In this document: positions 13,901 to 28,900 of the stretch, piece after piece
Layout of the letters: each line of letters opens with the position of its first letter
How positions within the stretch are numbered: position 1 is the stretch's first letter
NCBI GenBank assembly: GCA_002633005.1
Contig: NMRA01000045.1
Span: forward strand, 923,552 to 987,551
Source of the DNA: Phoronis australis
Taxonomy: Eukaryota; Animalia; Phoronida
Length of the DNA stretch: 64,000 nt
Direction of reading: 5' to 3'
Made by a program: the position numbers and the translations under genes
The notes under the pieces: model-generated
Seen by the model: the letters and a program-made list of their open reading frames with translations, nothing else
Databases searched by the model: none
What the model was told of the DNA's origin: nothing

Positions 13901-16900
13901 AGAGTGTTGTTTGTTTGCTCGTTTGTTTGTTTGTTTGTTTGCACCAGTGTTACTAGATTTATGTCAACACACTGTTACCCAGTTATCTGATAATCTCTTA
14001 TTTTCTCCTCGCTACCTTTTGGTGTAGGGACTCTGACAAAAGGTGAGATTTCTGCTTTACGACAGGTGGTCGACTGATCTTGGCAGGCGTTGCCCGACGT
14101 AAGCAGAGGCGCGCAACCCCTCCAGCTAAGTCGGGCAACGCCCTCTCAAGGTTGGCTGGCTGGGTTGGTTGTCTGAACGTGTTTGCACTGCTGTTCAGTG
14201 TACACCGCGTGCCCAAAATACATACAGCTGAAGCACTTGAGGCTGAGGAAGCCGAGTTTGCTTGCTATATATAAGCCAATGCTTTTCAAAGCTACTGGAC
14301 TCGTGTAATAATTGGATGGGGTCGGCACAGCATTGCACTGGATAGTTTAAGGTGCGCGGGTTCGTGGTGGCGTTGTTTTGGGCCATGTGGGTGTCCTTGT
14401 TAGGTGAACTGTGTTTCCTGACTATGCCTCCGTGGTTGTTATGTTTATGTTCCTTTCTACCTGTTAGGTCGTCCTATCGAGAATTAGCCGGTCTGAACAC
14501 AGCCGTGAACAAGTAATTTACACATGTAGCATTTAATTTAGACACAAACTTTTCTGCAGCTCTTGACTATCTTTGATCTGTGAATACTTGCAGCGTGCCT
14601 CTTTTCTTAGCCGCTACGAGTGTGAGAAACGATGCTATTATGACGATTTGAAATTACTAATACATATCATTGAAATGACAATCAGAAATGCAGATTGTAA
14701 AAGAGCTCATTTCGTTCATCTTTCCGTAGTTGTAGTTATAATTGTGCTTGTCTTTACCTGGAATGTTGCTGTCTTCATGTCATTTGGGACATGTAATTTG
14801 CTCGTCTTGAGCAGTAACCTCAAGTAACATGTACAGTGTAAACGGATCTCAAACCAGGAAGACAATTGCATTCTTGGTATATTTCACACAGTCACCTGAG
14901 ATATTGTTCTATAAGAGGATAATCACAGGGTCACGTTATAAATTCAGCTTTCTTTAAATCCCATTCAGTGCCAATGTGGCCAAGCTGGAGTAACTAACTT
15001 CAGTCTAGTACAAATCAAGTTATTTGGGAAGAATCTTCCAATCAAGGCAACCAATGATCTTTTGGTTTACGGTATTTTCGTGTGTTGTGAAGAAAGCTAA
15101 CTCGCCGTATTAAAAACAAAAAACTCAAAAAGTTCCTCCCCAAAAAAGAAGAGCCATTGTGGCCTATTGGGATTAGTGTCTAGTGTTTACTTTACTGAGG
15201 TCGTGGGTTCGAATCACACTGTAACACACTGCTAGATCCTTGAGTCAGGTCTCTAGCCCCTCAGCTCGGTTTTAGCCATATATTAATAAAGCATAAAAAT
15301 GGTTCCAGGTGGTCACTGCAATGGGCCCTCCTGAGTGTACAATGTGTACCAGACTGCCTGCAATTTTTCCGCTACAAAAAGTGACCCAAAAATGTTTTTC
15401 AAATATTGCGTTACAACGGGCTTTAACTGATGAAGCTGATTAACAATGTTATACAGAAGGCAGTTTTGTAATGCTTGTTCTGTGACAAAGAAACAGATGT
15501 TGCCTGGTCTCTAGACTTCAAAGTTTCTTCAAATGTTGAAAAACGTACACCAGTGTACGGTTCACAAAAAGGAAGGTGGCGTAGAAAAAGCTTGACGCCT
15601 CTGTTACACTGTATGTAAAACAGGTCTATGAGTGAAAGAATGTGTCTAAGGGCTGTTGACGAGTGTGATTTTGACACGCAGTCCGCTGTTGAGCTAGTTG
15701 AAATGTGTGATTGTGACAAGTTTCATTCTCACTGAGTGGACATGCTGTGGACCTGTTTTAGTTGCAGTGTGCCCTTTGCTGTGTACACATTTTGTCATCA
15801 AACAGTTCAAGGAAAGGGAACGTAGTTTTCAAGTATTAGTTCAGTTTTCAGCGCAATGCAATTCCTGGCCCATCGCTTGTTTCAATTTTTCAGTCACCCT
15901 ACTGAATGACTTGTGGTGTCTTTATTTCGATCTTTTGTTTGTCCACAGCATTGTTTTATAAAAACCCTAATTTGCTTAATTTATGTTAACAAACTAACAC
16001 ACTTGTTTTTGAAAAAAGGTTTTTCTGTGGACGCTTGATGAAAGGCATTTTTCATTGCCGTTAACATTTATCTCTGGTAAATAGACATAGGCACTGCTGT
16101 GGTTTCTGCCAGTTTCACAGTTGCCTATTCTGGCTGGGTTGGGTGTCTGCCTACAGCATTACATAACCACAAACTTGGAGCCTTCAGCTTGTCAATGGCT
16201 TTGGTGTGATATCAAGTAATACTTTATTAATGAGCATCGAATCAGCTATGGAGTGTTTATTGTGTATTCTTGCTATGTTTTAATTTGCTTTCAATTTTTC
16301 TGACCTCCAGTGTGGATTTTTGTTAATTGTAACTACATGTGTTATACAAGCGGTTTCCTTCTCAGCTTATTTACAGTGAACCTAAATCTTAAACTGCGAA
16401 GAAAAAAACAACAACAAATTTTTGCTCTGAAAGATTTTTGCGCGTGAAGATTGAACAACTTTTCGTGCTTTTCCAGTGCATTTGAGTGTGGCACACTTTT
16501 CAGTCAGAACCACGGTCAAGTTTTGCTGTCATTGTTGGTGCACATTTCAGACTTGTCTCCCCTTGCCATTGTAGGACGTCGATTACACGAATGAGCATGG
16601 ATCAGAAGCAACACATCAACCTGGGCGACGTTCACGAGGAGCGCCAAAAGATGGAGGCACTTATGCATAAGCACGACATCCCACTCATCGACGAGGACAC
16701 CAAGGAAGAAGAGAAGAAAAGTAGTCCCAGCTCCAGTAGTGAGGAGTCTAGCTCCGACTCAGAAACAGGTGAGCTACCCACCGAGGCCCATTTGACGCGA
16801 GCAACCTCTAAAATAAAGTGCTAGCGTTGACCTGTTCAAACTTGCACGTTGCTGTTTATTTCGAAGCTAAGCCTATGTGGTTGGAGGGGAATCCAGTTAT

Positions 16901-19900
16901 TGCTCGGAATTATTTGGATAGAAACTTCACCTGTTCGCTACCTATTCATAGAAAATTGTAGAAAACTTACAGCTTTGTGAATGCTCATCTTAAAAGGTAT
17001 GTTACAGCTACCGCATATTCCGTCATTGTCTGCCAGTATTGTGTTACCTTCTGCACTAAGAATATGTTTAGGCTGTGATGATTTCATTTTTCAAATTTTC
17101 AATCTGCTCAGTTTCAGTATATTTCTTCCGTTGGTCTTCTCTCTATTGCTTTAATGTCAAAAGTCGACTCTGGTTATGACAAGTAATAAAAATGAAACAC
17201 TGGAGATGTAAAATTGCAAAAATGTGTAATCATGGAAATCTCAGTATTCTACAAAGTCATGACTGACGAAATGTTGATTTTAATTACATGACTGACGAAA
17301 TGTTGATTTTACACTTTTTACACACCAAATGTATGCATACAAAATGACCCAGAATTCCCCGTCATGACGGTTGGTGGAAGCCGTCCCTTATCACTGAGAA
17401 TGAAGGGAATTGTCGGGAACGATACTAAGGTGGCGAAACTATACTGCAATTACAGTTTTACCCCAATAGTAATTACCAGTCATTTTTGCTGCTTACACAA
17501 AAGGCTATCATGATGAGGAAATGGTATTTTATGTAATTTTTTGCATTATATGACTGCTGTTGTAATTTTGTTGCGTTTTGTTTTGTCATATTGTGTCGTA
17601 TCATATTTTATTGTATCATATTGTATTGTGTCATATTATTATATCACATTATGTATCATATTGTATGGCCTCTGTTGTCCCTGTGATGCCCATTCGGCTG
17701 TTGTGTTATATTGATAGTATTAGGTTGGACTGGGTAACCCATTGTGAGCTTGTAGAGAGACTAAACTCGATAAGTTAAAATTCGAAGGTGGTCATTGTTA
17801 AGAACCTCAACCAATATGGCTGTCACCTGAATAGGAAATAAGCTACAGTTATGTGCAAATTTATATGGTTTTATGAGTTGGCACTTGGCAACTCTTGAAA
17901 TTGAATTAATTATATTCCTTTTCTAGCTTGTTTTGTTACCACCTACCAGTTTCATGCTATCTTCAGGAGTTCCATTCACCTCCTATGAAATGTCTTTTAA
18001 ATGATCACCTTGTTTTGTTCCTCCCTGTAATACAGTGTGTGACCCAGTTATGTGACCCAGTTATGTGACTCAGATGTGTGATATCAGTATTGAAAAGGCC
18101 ATGTTTACAATGGCAACTGTCATGATGACAATCGTGATGGATATCTGGTTACGTCTGGCTTGAAATCCATTACTCTCAGGTTCAATCTAGTTTTAATAGC
18201 TGCATCAGTGACTGCAGTATGGGTAGGCAGTCTGGGTCAACAAGTGTTGACTAACATCAGCAGGTCTCTGTCCAGAGTGAATCTCGGCTATGGGCTGTAG
18301 CCTGAGGAAAAGTATGTGAGATCATGACATCAGCTAGGGAGTGTGTGACATTCTGTCTTTTGTGGATCTGACCAGTGAACCTGTCAATCATAAGTAATGT
18401 TGATTTGTGTTTCAGTTTCAGAAAAACAGAATGAACTCAACCCACAGCTATTGGCCAAACCCGTAACTCAGGTGAGTCTTGGCACTAAATCTCATATTTG
18501 AAGGGTTTCTTTATTGGCGGATCCCTGTGTGGTTTTTGTTCAGTCATGCCGTGGTTGATCTACTTAAGTTTGCACAATCTCTGTTTTGCCTGGGTCAACA
18601 TGTCTGAATGGTGCAGTGCTCTATTAGCTTAAACTGTAAAGTTCACTGGAAATTATGATGACTGATTCTGTTGTTTTTCACTAGCACTTTGAAAGTTGTC
18701 TTTGCGATTTTTGTTCTGCACGATGATTTGGATTTGTACCAAAGTTTTACTTCTTCTCATGAAGTGAATTGCTTCTTTTGGTAATGTTTTGTTACCTGAC
18801 TCTTGCATACCATAGTGTTGTCATGTGATTCTTGCACCCCTGATAGGACAGCGTGGGGTGAATTCGTTTGCGCTGGTCAAGAACTACTGTTGTGCAGTTC
18901 AATTTTGTTACCAATGGTTTTTCTATTAGTCGTTATATTCTCGCTAGGAAAAAGTTCAGGAGAATGACAAAAAGCCAGAGCAGAAGTCTGCGGAGCCTGC
19001 GCAGTCATCTCCCATCGAAGAGCCACAGCCCACTGTACAAAAGCCCTCAGAACCATCAGAACCTGAGGAGGCACCCGTGAAGACAGCACCGCCATCTGTG
19101 AATGGTGAGGTCACAGTCTCCGAAACAAAAACAACAGCGACCTTGACGATCAAGGAGAATGAGGTCACAGAGAAACCGGTGGCGAAGAAAGAGTCTTCGC
19201 CTAAGGATGACGTGTCGTCGGATGTCTCGGTCAGCTTCAGTCTGAACAACCAGCAGCCTGCTGTGTCCGCCAGTGAGACTGTGAAGTCAACCCCTGAGGT
19301 CGTCAGTAAAGATACACCAACATCGGCCACTGTGGTGCCATCCACCAAGGTTGTATTTTTGTTTTATTTCCTGTACCTTTCTGCGTACTTTGTGTGAATA
19401 CAAAAGTGTGAGGTCAACATGCTTGTTCGTGGTTGTCATTTGTCACGGATAACCAGCAAAATGGCACATAAAGGCAAGACCTTGATCGTTGAACCGAAAT
19501 GGCAGTGCAGTAAATGCCATTTAATTTCAAAGACTTTGCATTTAAATGTTCATACGCAGCTTTGTGCTTACTGCCTGATTTTCAATTTTTTTGTCATTTT
19601 AAATTCCCTGTTCGAATGCAGTGGTTTGATTCGATAGTGGATTTGATACTGAATTGAACTTGTATGAGTCATATTTTCTTCTGCTGTGGTATAACATTTG
19701 TCCTTCTGTCGTCATTTCTGAAGCAGGTAACCTTGTTTTTAAATCGATGTACGTTAAGAGATTGATTTGGCATTTACCCAGGTTGATGAGACCCCCTCTG
19801 AACCGGAGAAACTCACCGTGGACGAGGAACAGAAACCAACAGAGACAACGGAGGCACTCAGTTCCTCGGAAGTGAGGCGGAGGCGACGGCGCCAACTCAA

Positions 19901-22900
19901 GGAAGAGGCAGAGATGATGGACAAGAAGTATGCGGAGGAGCGGAACAAAGCCGAGAGGGAGCGCGTCTCTCTCAAGGAGGAGCAGAAACAAAAAGAAACG
20001 GACAAGGAGGTCGCTGACGAGGTAAGTGTCTCTTGGTTAATGTCTCAGTCGTTTCGCCCTGTGTTTACTGTCGGAGTCGTTTTTTGTGAGGTAAGTAGGT
20101 TTGAGGTTTGTTGTTGTTGTTGCTGTTGATGTTCTGGTGCATGCTGTCAAACACACTTCACATACAGTACATTCCATAAGTAGTCCGATAAAATGACCCA
20201 GAATTTCCTGTCGTGACAATTGGAGGGAGGTTGAGTTCATTGTCTGAGTAGTCTCCCCTTGTAATTGAAAAAGAAGGTGAATTGACTTAACCATGCTATA
20301 AAAACAATTTTGCTACCACGTTAATTGTTACCTTCATTTTTGCTATTAACAGAATTGGCTGTTGTGACAGGGAAACTGCATTTTGTCTGATAACTTTTGT
20401 TGTGTAGTTTATGTGTAAATTAAGTGCTTCTTATGCACTGAAACGCGAAATCACTTTCATTATGACCCAAATATGCCAACGTTATTTTTCAACCAACAGT
20501 AGTATTCAAAGAAATTTTTATGAGAGGATATGTTTCCAGTATTTAAACAAAACGATAGATACAGGAAGACCTAAAGCAACCGATTTCTGGACAGTTTATT
20601 ATGTTCTGGTCAAATTCATGTACTAGTCAGCGAGGGATTTTCTGAAAGTTCATGACTAGTGCATACAGATCCCAAGTGCGAGTTTGTTACACAACAGTTT
20701 GGTGTCCTAGTGTCGTCCTGTTTATGGTGCGCTGGTCCTGCTCTGCTTATTGTCAATGTGAGAAAACTGCTTTTAATGTGATTTGCTCAACGTGCCAATT
20801 TAACTTGAGAGACGGGTCATTTTAGTTTTACCTTTTGTATTTGTTTATTTACGCAATGTCATTTGCTTCTCGTGTTAAAAAATTTCAGAAATTTATTGAA
20901 ACATTGTTCAATTTTTTTTGTAAATATTCAAGTATCCTGCAAACTTTTAGGGTCGTGTGAAATTTTAGTTATCGAAACTTCTCAAAGTGAATTATTTCCT
21001 GATATCTTGTGATCCTTGCCCTCCCCCCACTTTTTCTTTATTTACTCATGGACTTTTAGTTGATTTGAGTTCTAATAAAAATTTCTCCCCACTCCTACAA
21101 GACCACCTAAATAGAATTTGTTTCCATGGTGGTTGTTGTTCTCAGTTTAGAATTCTAACCATAGCTTGAGTGTTGTTGCTGTTGTTCTGGGTGTTGTTAA
21201 CTCTCAGCAATTCGGGGCTTGCTTGCTATGGTACTGGCTGTCTCGTGTTCACACTGGCAAAAATAGGGCTTTAAACTTGAGCAACGAATTCCAAAGCTTG
21301 AGACAGCTTGCCGTGCTAAAAACTCCTGAACAAGTCTATAGTATCTTGAGACGTAAACATTGCAAAAATTGTTGTTGGATACGTTTCTAGTCAAAAGTTG
21401 AAACTCTGTTCTCACCTGCTACAGTTTGCAGTCTGTACAATACAATACAATACAATAATAACACAGATGCTCTAAATCAACTGCATTTTGACTCCATCGC
21501 ACAGTCTTTCAGATCACCAAATCAACTCCATCACACATTTCCAAATTTTCGCACTTGCAAACACTTGCTATTCGCCTACAGCAAATCGCCAGTCGCTTTG
21601 TGCCTGTGAGCAGGCTAGCCTCGTCTCGCTATTGCTATCTCTGCTTTCTTAAGGATCCTCAGGAACCAGCTGTCAGTAACGAGGTACCTGCCAAGGAGCC
21701 CCTGCATAGGACAGCGAGTCTGCCTGCCAGGCTTAGCAGACAGGTAAGATAAGTAATGAGACCTCGCTCTCTCTCCCAACTCAACTCTTTGCTGTCATAA
21801 CAATCGTTCACTCACTTAGTTGTGGTGGTGCTGTTGGTTGTGGTGTTGAGAATTATACAGGAGTTAATTGTCACCTGATTGTCTTGCCAAGTTTTTGTCG
21901 TGGGAAGTGTTTTTAAATGCCCATTATTTGTCTTTGTCTCGTATCATGGGCCGTCTAAAGTTCATTCACTGTTGGACATTTTGGTCTGAAGCGAGACCAT
22001 AGTAATTGTAAATGTTGCTCCCTGCACATTTGGTAATGTCAAGACTATTGCAAACGTGGTGCTCATTCGTATGTTGTTGTTGTTGTTTATGATGTGGGTG
22101 TGATCAAATGCACTTCACAAGTGAATTGTTCTTCATGAACTGAGTCTAAATATGCCTGTCATAGAAATAAGTCTGTGCAGAGCTTGTATGTTGTATCTAA
22201 CTTGCAGTATGCTCACCATAGAATATTTGATGCGTGCGTATGTGTGTGTGTGTGTGTGTAATATGTTGCTAAAAGTACCTAAAGGTGCAAATCAGTTTCA
22301 AAGTGTTAGACAATGTACCAAAGGGTTGTGCAATGGTTTGTACCTGTTGAGCATGCTGTGTTATTTGCAACTAATCCGTCAACAGATTGCTATTGTTCGT
22401 TACCAAGTTGGTCTTTACTAATACCAAGTGTCCATAATTGGTTTTACACTGCTTATCCACGTAAAAACTTTTCAAAAAATAGTTTGAAAACAAAAGTTCT
22501 GGCAACTTGACCAGGGGACATAATTACTCAGAATGTCACGAAGTACTGAAGACGGTCAGCTCTTTCACTTTTGACGTTCAAACAACTTGTTTATCGTGCT
22601 CCATCACTCACTCGGCATACTTAAAATGTCCACTGTTTTTAATCATTGGCTCGGCAGTCGTAAAATTACGTTGTTGCACTTGTCAGTTGTTTGTTGGTTG
22701 GTTTGCTATGTTACCGCATGCTTCATTGTCCCACTGCTAGGCGCCCAACTACAGTCCGCGGCCACTGTCATCAAGGATTGAGTCAAACGCCGGGCCTTCA
22801 TCATGGCGCGCTGGTCTCAGGAAAGCAGGTAGCTCCAGTGCCGTTCCTGACACCGCCCCGCTGCGTAAGATCGGTGAGGAACGCGTGCAGAAGTCAGCCT

Positions 22901-25900
22901 CCAGTCCGTGGCTGGCTCCGGAATTGAAATCCGAGGATGTAAGTTAGAGACCCACGCCGTCTTGTGTTATTGGGGTGAATCAATATTACAAGTAAAAGAA
23001 AAATGAAATCTGCCTGAGGTAGAATTGTAATTGACTGCTGCACCTCTGTGCCTTATTGAGAAACCAGATTAAGTTGTGGATGTACATACGTAGGCAAATG
23101 ACTGCATTGCTTTCACTCACATATACTTCTACTTGCCATGGTTCCGTGTGTAAGAGTCGATGAGCATTGTTTGTGGCATGCAGTGCATGTGGTAACTATT
23201 GTGTGAGACAAAATTGGTGACATCAAAGAACTGATTGTTTGGTGTACGAGTCTCAAAGTGATCATCCATTCACAAGACGGTGAGGTTCATTCAATTTCTG
23301 TGGCATAGTATCTTAAGATTACAACTGCTTACTGTTTGATGAGCTCCGCTGTCGAGTGTTTAGAGTTATTCCGACGGGGTTGGTGTTTGCTCGGTACGTA
23401 TGAGTGAAATGCTTTGTTGCCGTTGCCTGTGTGTAAGTAACATGCTACTATATTAGTGTCTTGAAATCAACACCATGTACTGCAGCTTTTATGCCATGTC
23501 ATTGAGCTGTGTTCAATGACAACATTTAGCTTTCCTTAGGTAGCTGTTGTAGCCAAACAGCCTGCAGGTATGGCCTGCCTGTTCTCTGGGGACTTTGCTG
23601 CATACCTTAATTTGCTATTTTTGTCCCACAGGGTACAATATAGTATATTCAGGATAAGTTGCAGTGTATTTATTCATTATTCAAATTCCTTCAACACTTG
23701 GTAGTTTAAGGTAAGTATTCAGATCTCCATCCAACTATGCGGCAGGCTGTGTTTTGGTGTACAAATGTGAAAGAGTGCCTTTGTTTGTTTCAGACTCAAG
23801 AGCGATCATATCGTAGGCAGTATCTTAGCTCAACTAGTTCGGTGCCGGAGAATCCGCCGGAGAATCCACCAGAAATCACTACGCGAAATAGGTAAGTTTG
23901 TCCTGGAATGCAGCCTTCCGCCATATGTTTTCAGCGTTGTGTTTGGATAGGAATGGAGAATTTCTGTATCCCCATTTTGTTTTTACTGCTCGGGAGTAAC
24001 ACTTCTAGGCCTGGGGTCTAATGTTTTTATTCGAGATAAAACTCAAAATTATTTTTGGCATTTTCCATTGTGCTTTCCTGCAGACTCAATTTGCGTGGCT
24101 ATTCTATGCTTGAGAACACTACTGGATCCCAGCACCTGGTAATTCTTCATCCAGTTAGCACACAGTGTGTCAGAGAAGTGAAGTTACTGTATTTTGTCAA
24201 AATAGACTACAACAATAAACAAGCCGGACAACTTTAGCTTGTTCTTAGCTTGGTTTGTATTGTGCAGGTGTCATAAAACAACGATTTGTTAAGTTTCCAT
24301 TATTTGAAGCTAGGCAGTCAACCTTTAAAAATATTGAAATTAATGCCTGGCAAATATTTTGGTGTGAAATTTGTGAAGAATTACTGTAAATCTGTGCTGT
24401 GTTGGCAGCGTCATAGTTGGAATGCATTGATTCTACACGTAGTTTTCATCAGATGGTCTTCTTGTAGAGCTCAGTTGTTATTTTCGCGTTATCAGTTCAA
24501 TCCTTTTAGAGCGTGGCAAAGCAATTTAACAGCTTGTTTATGTCTTGCTTGACTGTAAAATCCAGTATAGAATGACTGCGCAAGGAAATTTGATATCAAG
24601 TCGCCATGCCAGCAAATCCTGTGCATAAGGCTCTAAAACTGGGTACCTTGTGGGCATCCGTGATTCAACCTCTTTGAACACATAGTTACAAGTTTCTCCG
24701 AACTCACACTCAGTTTTGATTGGGACTCAAAATTTAACCAATGATTCAAGAACAGTTTTGCAAGTTTACTCCATGCGTAACACGCATTTAGTGAATTGTT
24801 AAATTTCCTGTACAGAGATTACTCCTCTACTCCTGGTCTCTGTGTAAGGTGTTCACCCAAAAGTTGCCCGTTTCATTTAAGGGATTACCGACTTTTTTGG
24901 ATCTGACCCCATCATTTCCCCACTGGGTACTGGGTCTGGGTGTTCAGCCGAATTGCAATTGAAGTTTGTATCCAACCACACCAATACAGTTTGTTGGTCT
25001 CGGTCGAAAACTTTATTATCTGAAGAACTTTTGAGTGAAAAAATTTGGTTTATGTGCATGCTACGTACACGCTTATTACTGTCTAGCTACTCATGGGTGT
25101 TGCCACACTGTGTATAATGCGTTGAGCTGTTAATCCATGGTACCGGATCAGTTCTCGTGTCTGCCTGGTGTGTGTGTAATTGTTGCAAAACTGCTTTCAT
25201 GTTATGGGCAAATCTAGGCTTCACTAAGAATATTCTCACATTCGTTTGACGTTGTTTGTAGGTGCTTACATTTATGACCTACGTTTCTCTGGTGAATATT
25301 CTATTGAGCATCTAGGTTCGATTCCACGATGGGTTTGAATTAAGAGCTTTTCATGCCATCAATGTTCCTTCCATTGGTGGGACGCTTTACTAAAACATGT
25401 TACTCTTGAAAAACATAGTCTTAGTATGGCCTCTTAGATCCACTGGCGCATTTTGGTGTGTGAATGTTTCAGTACTCGATTACTAAAAACGTTTGGTTAC
25501 TGACATAGCATGAGTCATTTGCATGTGTTGTAGGAATACCTATCCATACTTGTCACGTGTTCAGACCAGTAGTTCGACCGGCGCCGCCGGGTCTTCAGTG
25601 CAATCGGAGTATGTCCCTTACTCGCGGCGTCGTCAGGAGCGAGAGGCGGAGCGTGAGAAGGAGAGGTTAAACGCCGGAACTGCATTGGGCACAACTTCTG
25701 TGTCCTTTAGAAGGTGACGCGTACTGTTAATCATTTTAGGCAGAAGTAGGAGTGGAAATATTAGGAGAGTGGTTTTATGATATTGTGCACTGTTGCCAAT
25801 TGTACCTACTGTTGCAGTATTTGTTTGGATTAATGTCCAGGATGTGTGCATTGAAAATCTCATTTTAAGAGTTGGGTGTTTAACGGAACAAGGGCTTAAG

Positions 25901-28900
25901 TTTGAAAATTAAGGAGGTAGAGTGTGTTATTGTTATATGTACACGCACATACACATTTATAATGCAAACGATTTGCCTGAAGTCGTGCATGGCTCTCAAC
26001 GATCATGAAAAACTAGGATTGAAGTGTTTCCTCGTGTGAAACCTTATGAAAAGTTACAACATGAATTGGAACCATGTGGCATGGTGTGACATAATGTAAA
26101 ATGGCTTGATGTTTTGTTTTTACCTGAGTTGTGGTTTATTGTTTGCATGCTTAGACACTGCAGATTGCCTCTTCAAAGTAACACCTGGAAGAAGGCTGCT
26201 GCATTTTTGCTGTCAGTTTTGTCTGTTCACCAGTTTAACCTAAAAGGTTATCCGCAAATTTTGATGATCATTTTAAGGAGAGGCTGGAAAAGTGCCAAAA
26301 TCAGTGGAATTTTCTGGATTTTTCCAGTCGCTATGGTTAGACAACATCTGTTGAAATTCAAAACAAGTGATGAGTGCTATTTGGTACACCAAAACAACAC
26401 CAGTGTACATTGTGCTAGATTCCACATCATACACCAGGAGTCATTATTTTGATTTGTGGACTTACGGATTCAGATGTGATCCCATTGTCGTGTTAGCTGC
26501 AATACTTAAAGTGAGGTCAGCTCGCTCTGGAGCATCGTAATTCTGGTCTTTGCCCTGTTGCCATGTATGACTGTGCCGTCTCGCTTGGGTAGTTTGTGTG
26601 TTAATTATTTATCACTCCGAGAATTACGTAACCGGAGCAGAGTTCAGCACTTAATCGTGTGTTGAATGCGATTTCAGTTCACTTTCGGATTTAATGCGAT
26701 TTTTGTCGAAAATCTTATTGTTATTCAGTAGCTTTAAGATGGTATCAGTTTTTTTGTACAAACTGGTGCGTTCTTACTTTTTACATTCTGTTTTTTATGA
26801 AACGTTTTTGAAGTTAACTTTAAACAGTATGTGGGATTGAAAATGGGAATTCGAATTCCAAGATGTGATCATGAACTCTAACTTGACAAAGGGTCTGTTT
26901 CTTGATCCATGATAGTTTTAAGTTAAAATTTTTGCCTTATGCTTCATTCAGTTATTTCCTAAAAAGAATTAAATATCACTTCAAGAGAGCACAAAGTTTA
27001 TAAGAATGTACCCACTATTACAAAATAATCGGATAATTTGCATATCATTTCTTAATTGTAACGTGCTAGGAATTGTATGGCCAAAACTTTATTTAGTGAT
27101 CGCAAAGTGTCAACATTTCTGACTAAAACCTTAAGTCACTTTCATAAAACAGACCCTAACTCCACCTTGGCCTCACTTAAGATCTGTTGCCAAGTAACTT
27201 GTTTGGTGGACTACATTCACTAAATGAGCCGCGTAGACTAGTTGGTGGACATGTTTTTCATTCTCTGTTCAGGTCATTTGAACCGCCCAAGAGGGACGAA
27301 GAGACAGAAACTCAGAGGAAGTTGAGAGCTCGACGCGCAAGGGAGACCAGGAGGTCAACTCAGGTCAGTGGGACGGTCAAGCATTTGATCAACTTACAGA
27401 GTATTACAGCATTTTGACTCATTTTTGAAGATACTCTTGCCTTTGTCTTCACCATAGAACGAGTCTTATCAGTCAAAAGATGATAACATTATGTAAACTT
27501 AATGTTTTTTTTTTGCTTTTTTAAGCTCCTACATAATGAAGGTAGTGTCATTCAACTGTGATGGCCATTTTGTTGGTGCACAATCAAAAATTCAAAGTTA
27601 CTTCTTGTCAAATTGAAAATGCATAACACGGGAAAACATTTTGAAATCTGGTTAAATTGAAAGTTGCTATGAATTTTAAATCAAAATAAAACAGAAAGGT
27701 TATCAATTAACATATTAATTTGACATTGGCTTCATGTGGTCATGTTGCTAGACAGTTTATAATTGTCAAATCTCGTGTTGCTGGGGAAACAAGATAACTG
27801 AGGACATTTCATACGTACATGTCTACTTGCATGATTCAATGCGCATTACAAAAAGGTTCATTGTTGGTTTTGATTCACTGCATGTCTAGAGGGTGTTACC
27901 ATTGTCTCTGCTTTTGGTAACTACAGGGTGTTACCATTGTCTCTGCTCTTGGTAACTACAGGGTGTTACCATTGTCTATGCTCTTGCCAACTACAGGGTG
28001 TTACCAAAGAAGACGTGGCCGCTGCTGAGGCCACCCTACAACTGGCCGACACTGACAAGAATGGTCGCACGTCATCGGCTCTCACTAGTAAACTAACCGA
28101 CGCCACAGACACAAAGCCAGAGGACAGCTCTAGTACATATGTTCGCAGGAGGAGAGACTATAGCACAAAAGTAGTAGGTGTTCAGTTGCAAACGCCACGT
28201 ACGCATTAAAAATGCATGGTAGTTTGAGCTACCTGGCCCTAATTAATGCAGCAAAGTTCTTTCTAGAATAAAACACATTTTGTGAAAACTTCCTTTATAG
28301 TTTACATAGTTTCCAGAGTTGTGCTACCTGTCTTCACAGTAGGCACTTTTTAGACCATGAACTGTTTTTTGAATGAAAGCGTTGTTAAAATCGTATAGTT
28401 TCCTGATGGAGGTTGTTGTTTTTACCAGGTCTTTGGACATGGTGTGGGGATGTTATTTCTTTGAAGTATTAATCTTGTTTCTTGTATGAAAACAGATTTT
28501 TTGCTACTCTTCAACTTTTTTGGAGTGATCTTGGCTTTCCAATGTAAATTTACTTTTTTGATATTTAAAATGACCAAGTAATAATGCTCCTGAAAGTCAT
28601 TTGTTATAATCACGCTTTCTTGAGTTGCAATGTCATCGTGAGAAAGACTGCGCTGGACAATCTCGTTGCCAGAGGTCAGCAGGTCTGCGTTCTGTAGACC
28701 ACATGACATTACCTTACACTTGAGGTGAAAATCTTCGCTGAAACACTGAATTAAATCCCACAGTGCAACACTCCAACCTCACCGACCAATCACTTTAGTG
28801 ACCGCCACTTTGCTAGGATAAGGTAGTTAGACCCTGAGCCTACTGGCCAATCACTTGCCTTTCATTCGTGTGATTTTGAGAGGTCGTGCTAGATCTTGCT

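Noticed and set aside
18956-20005. Minus-strand ORFs of 80-130 aa
   Set aside because: Antisense shadows of the low-complexity + strand MYPT exons.
27892-28005. 35-bp repeats as a CRISPR array
   Set aside because: Units are head-to-tail with no unique spacers, the context is eukaryotic and there are no cas genes.
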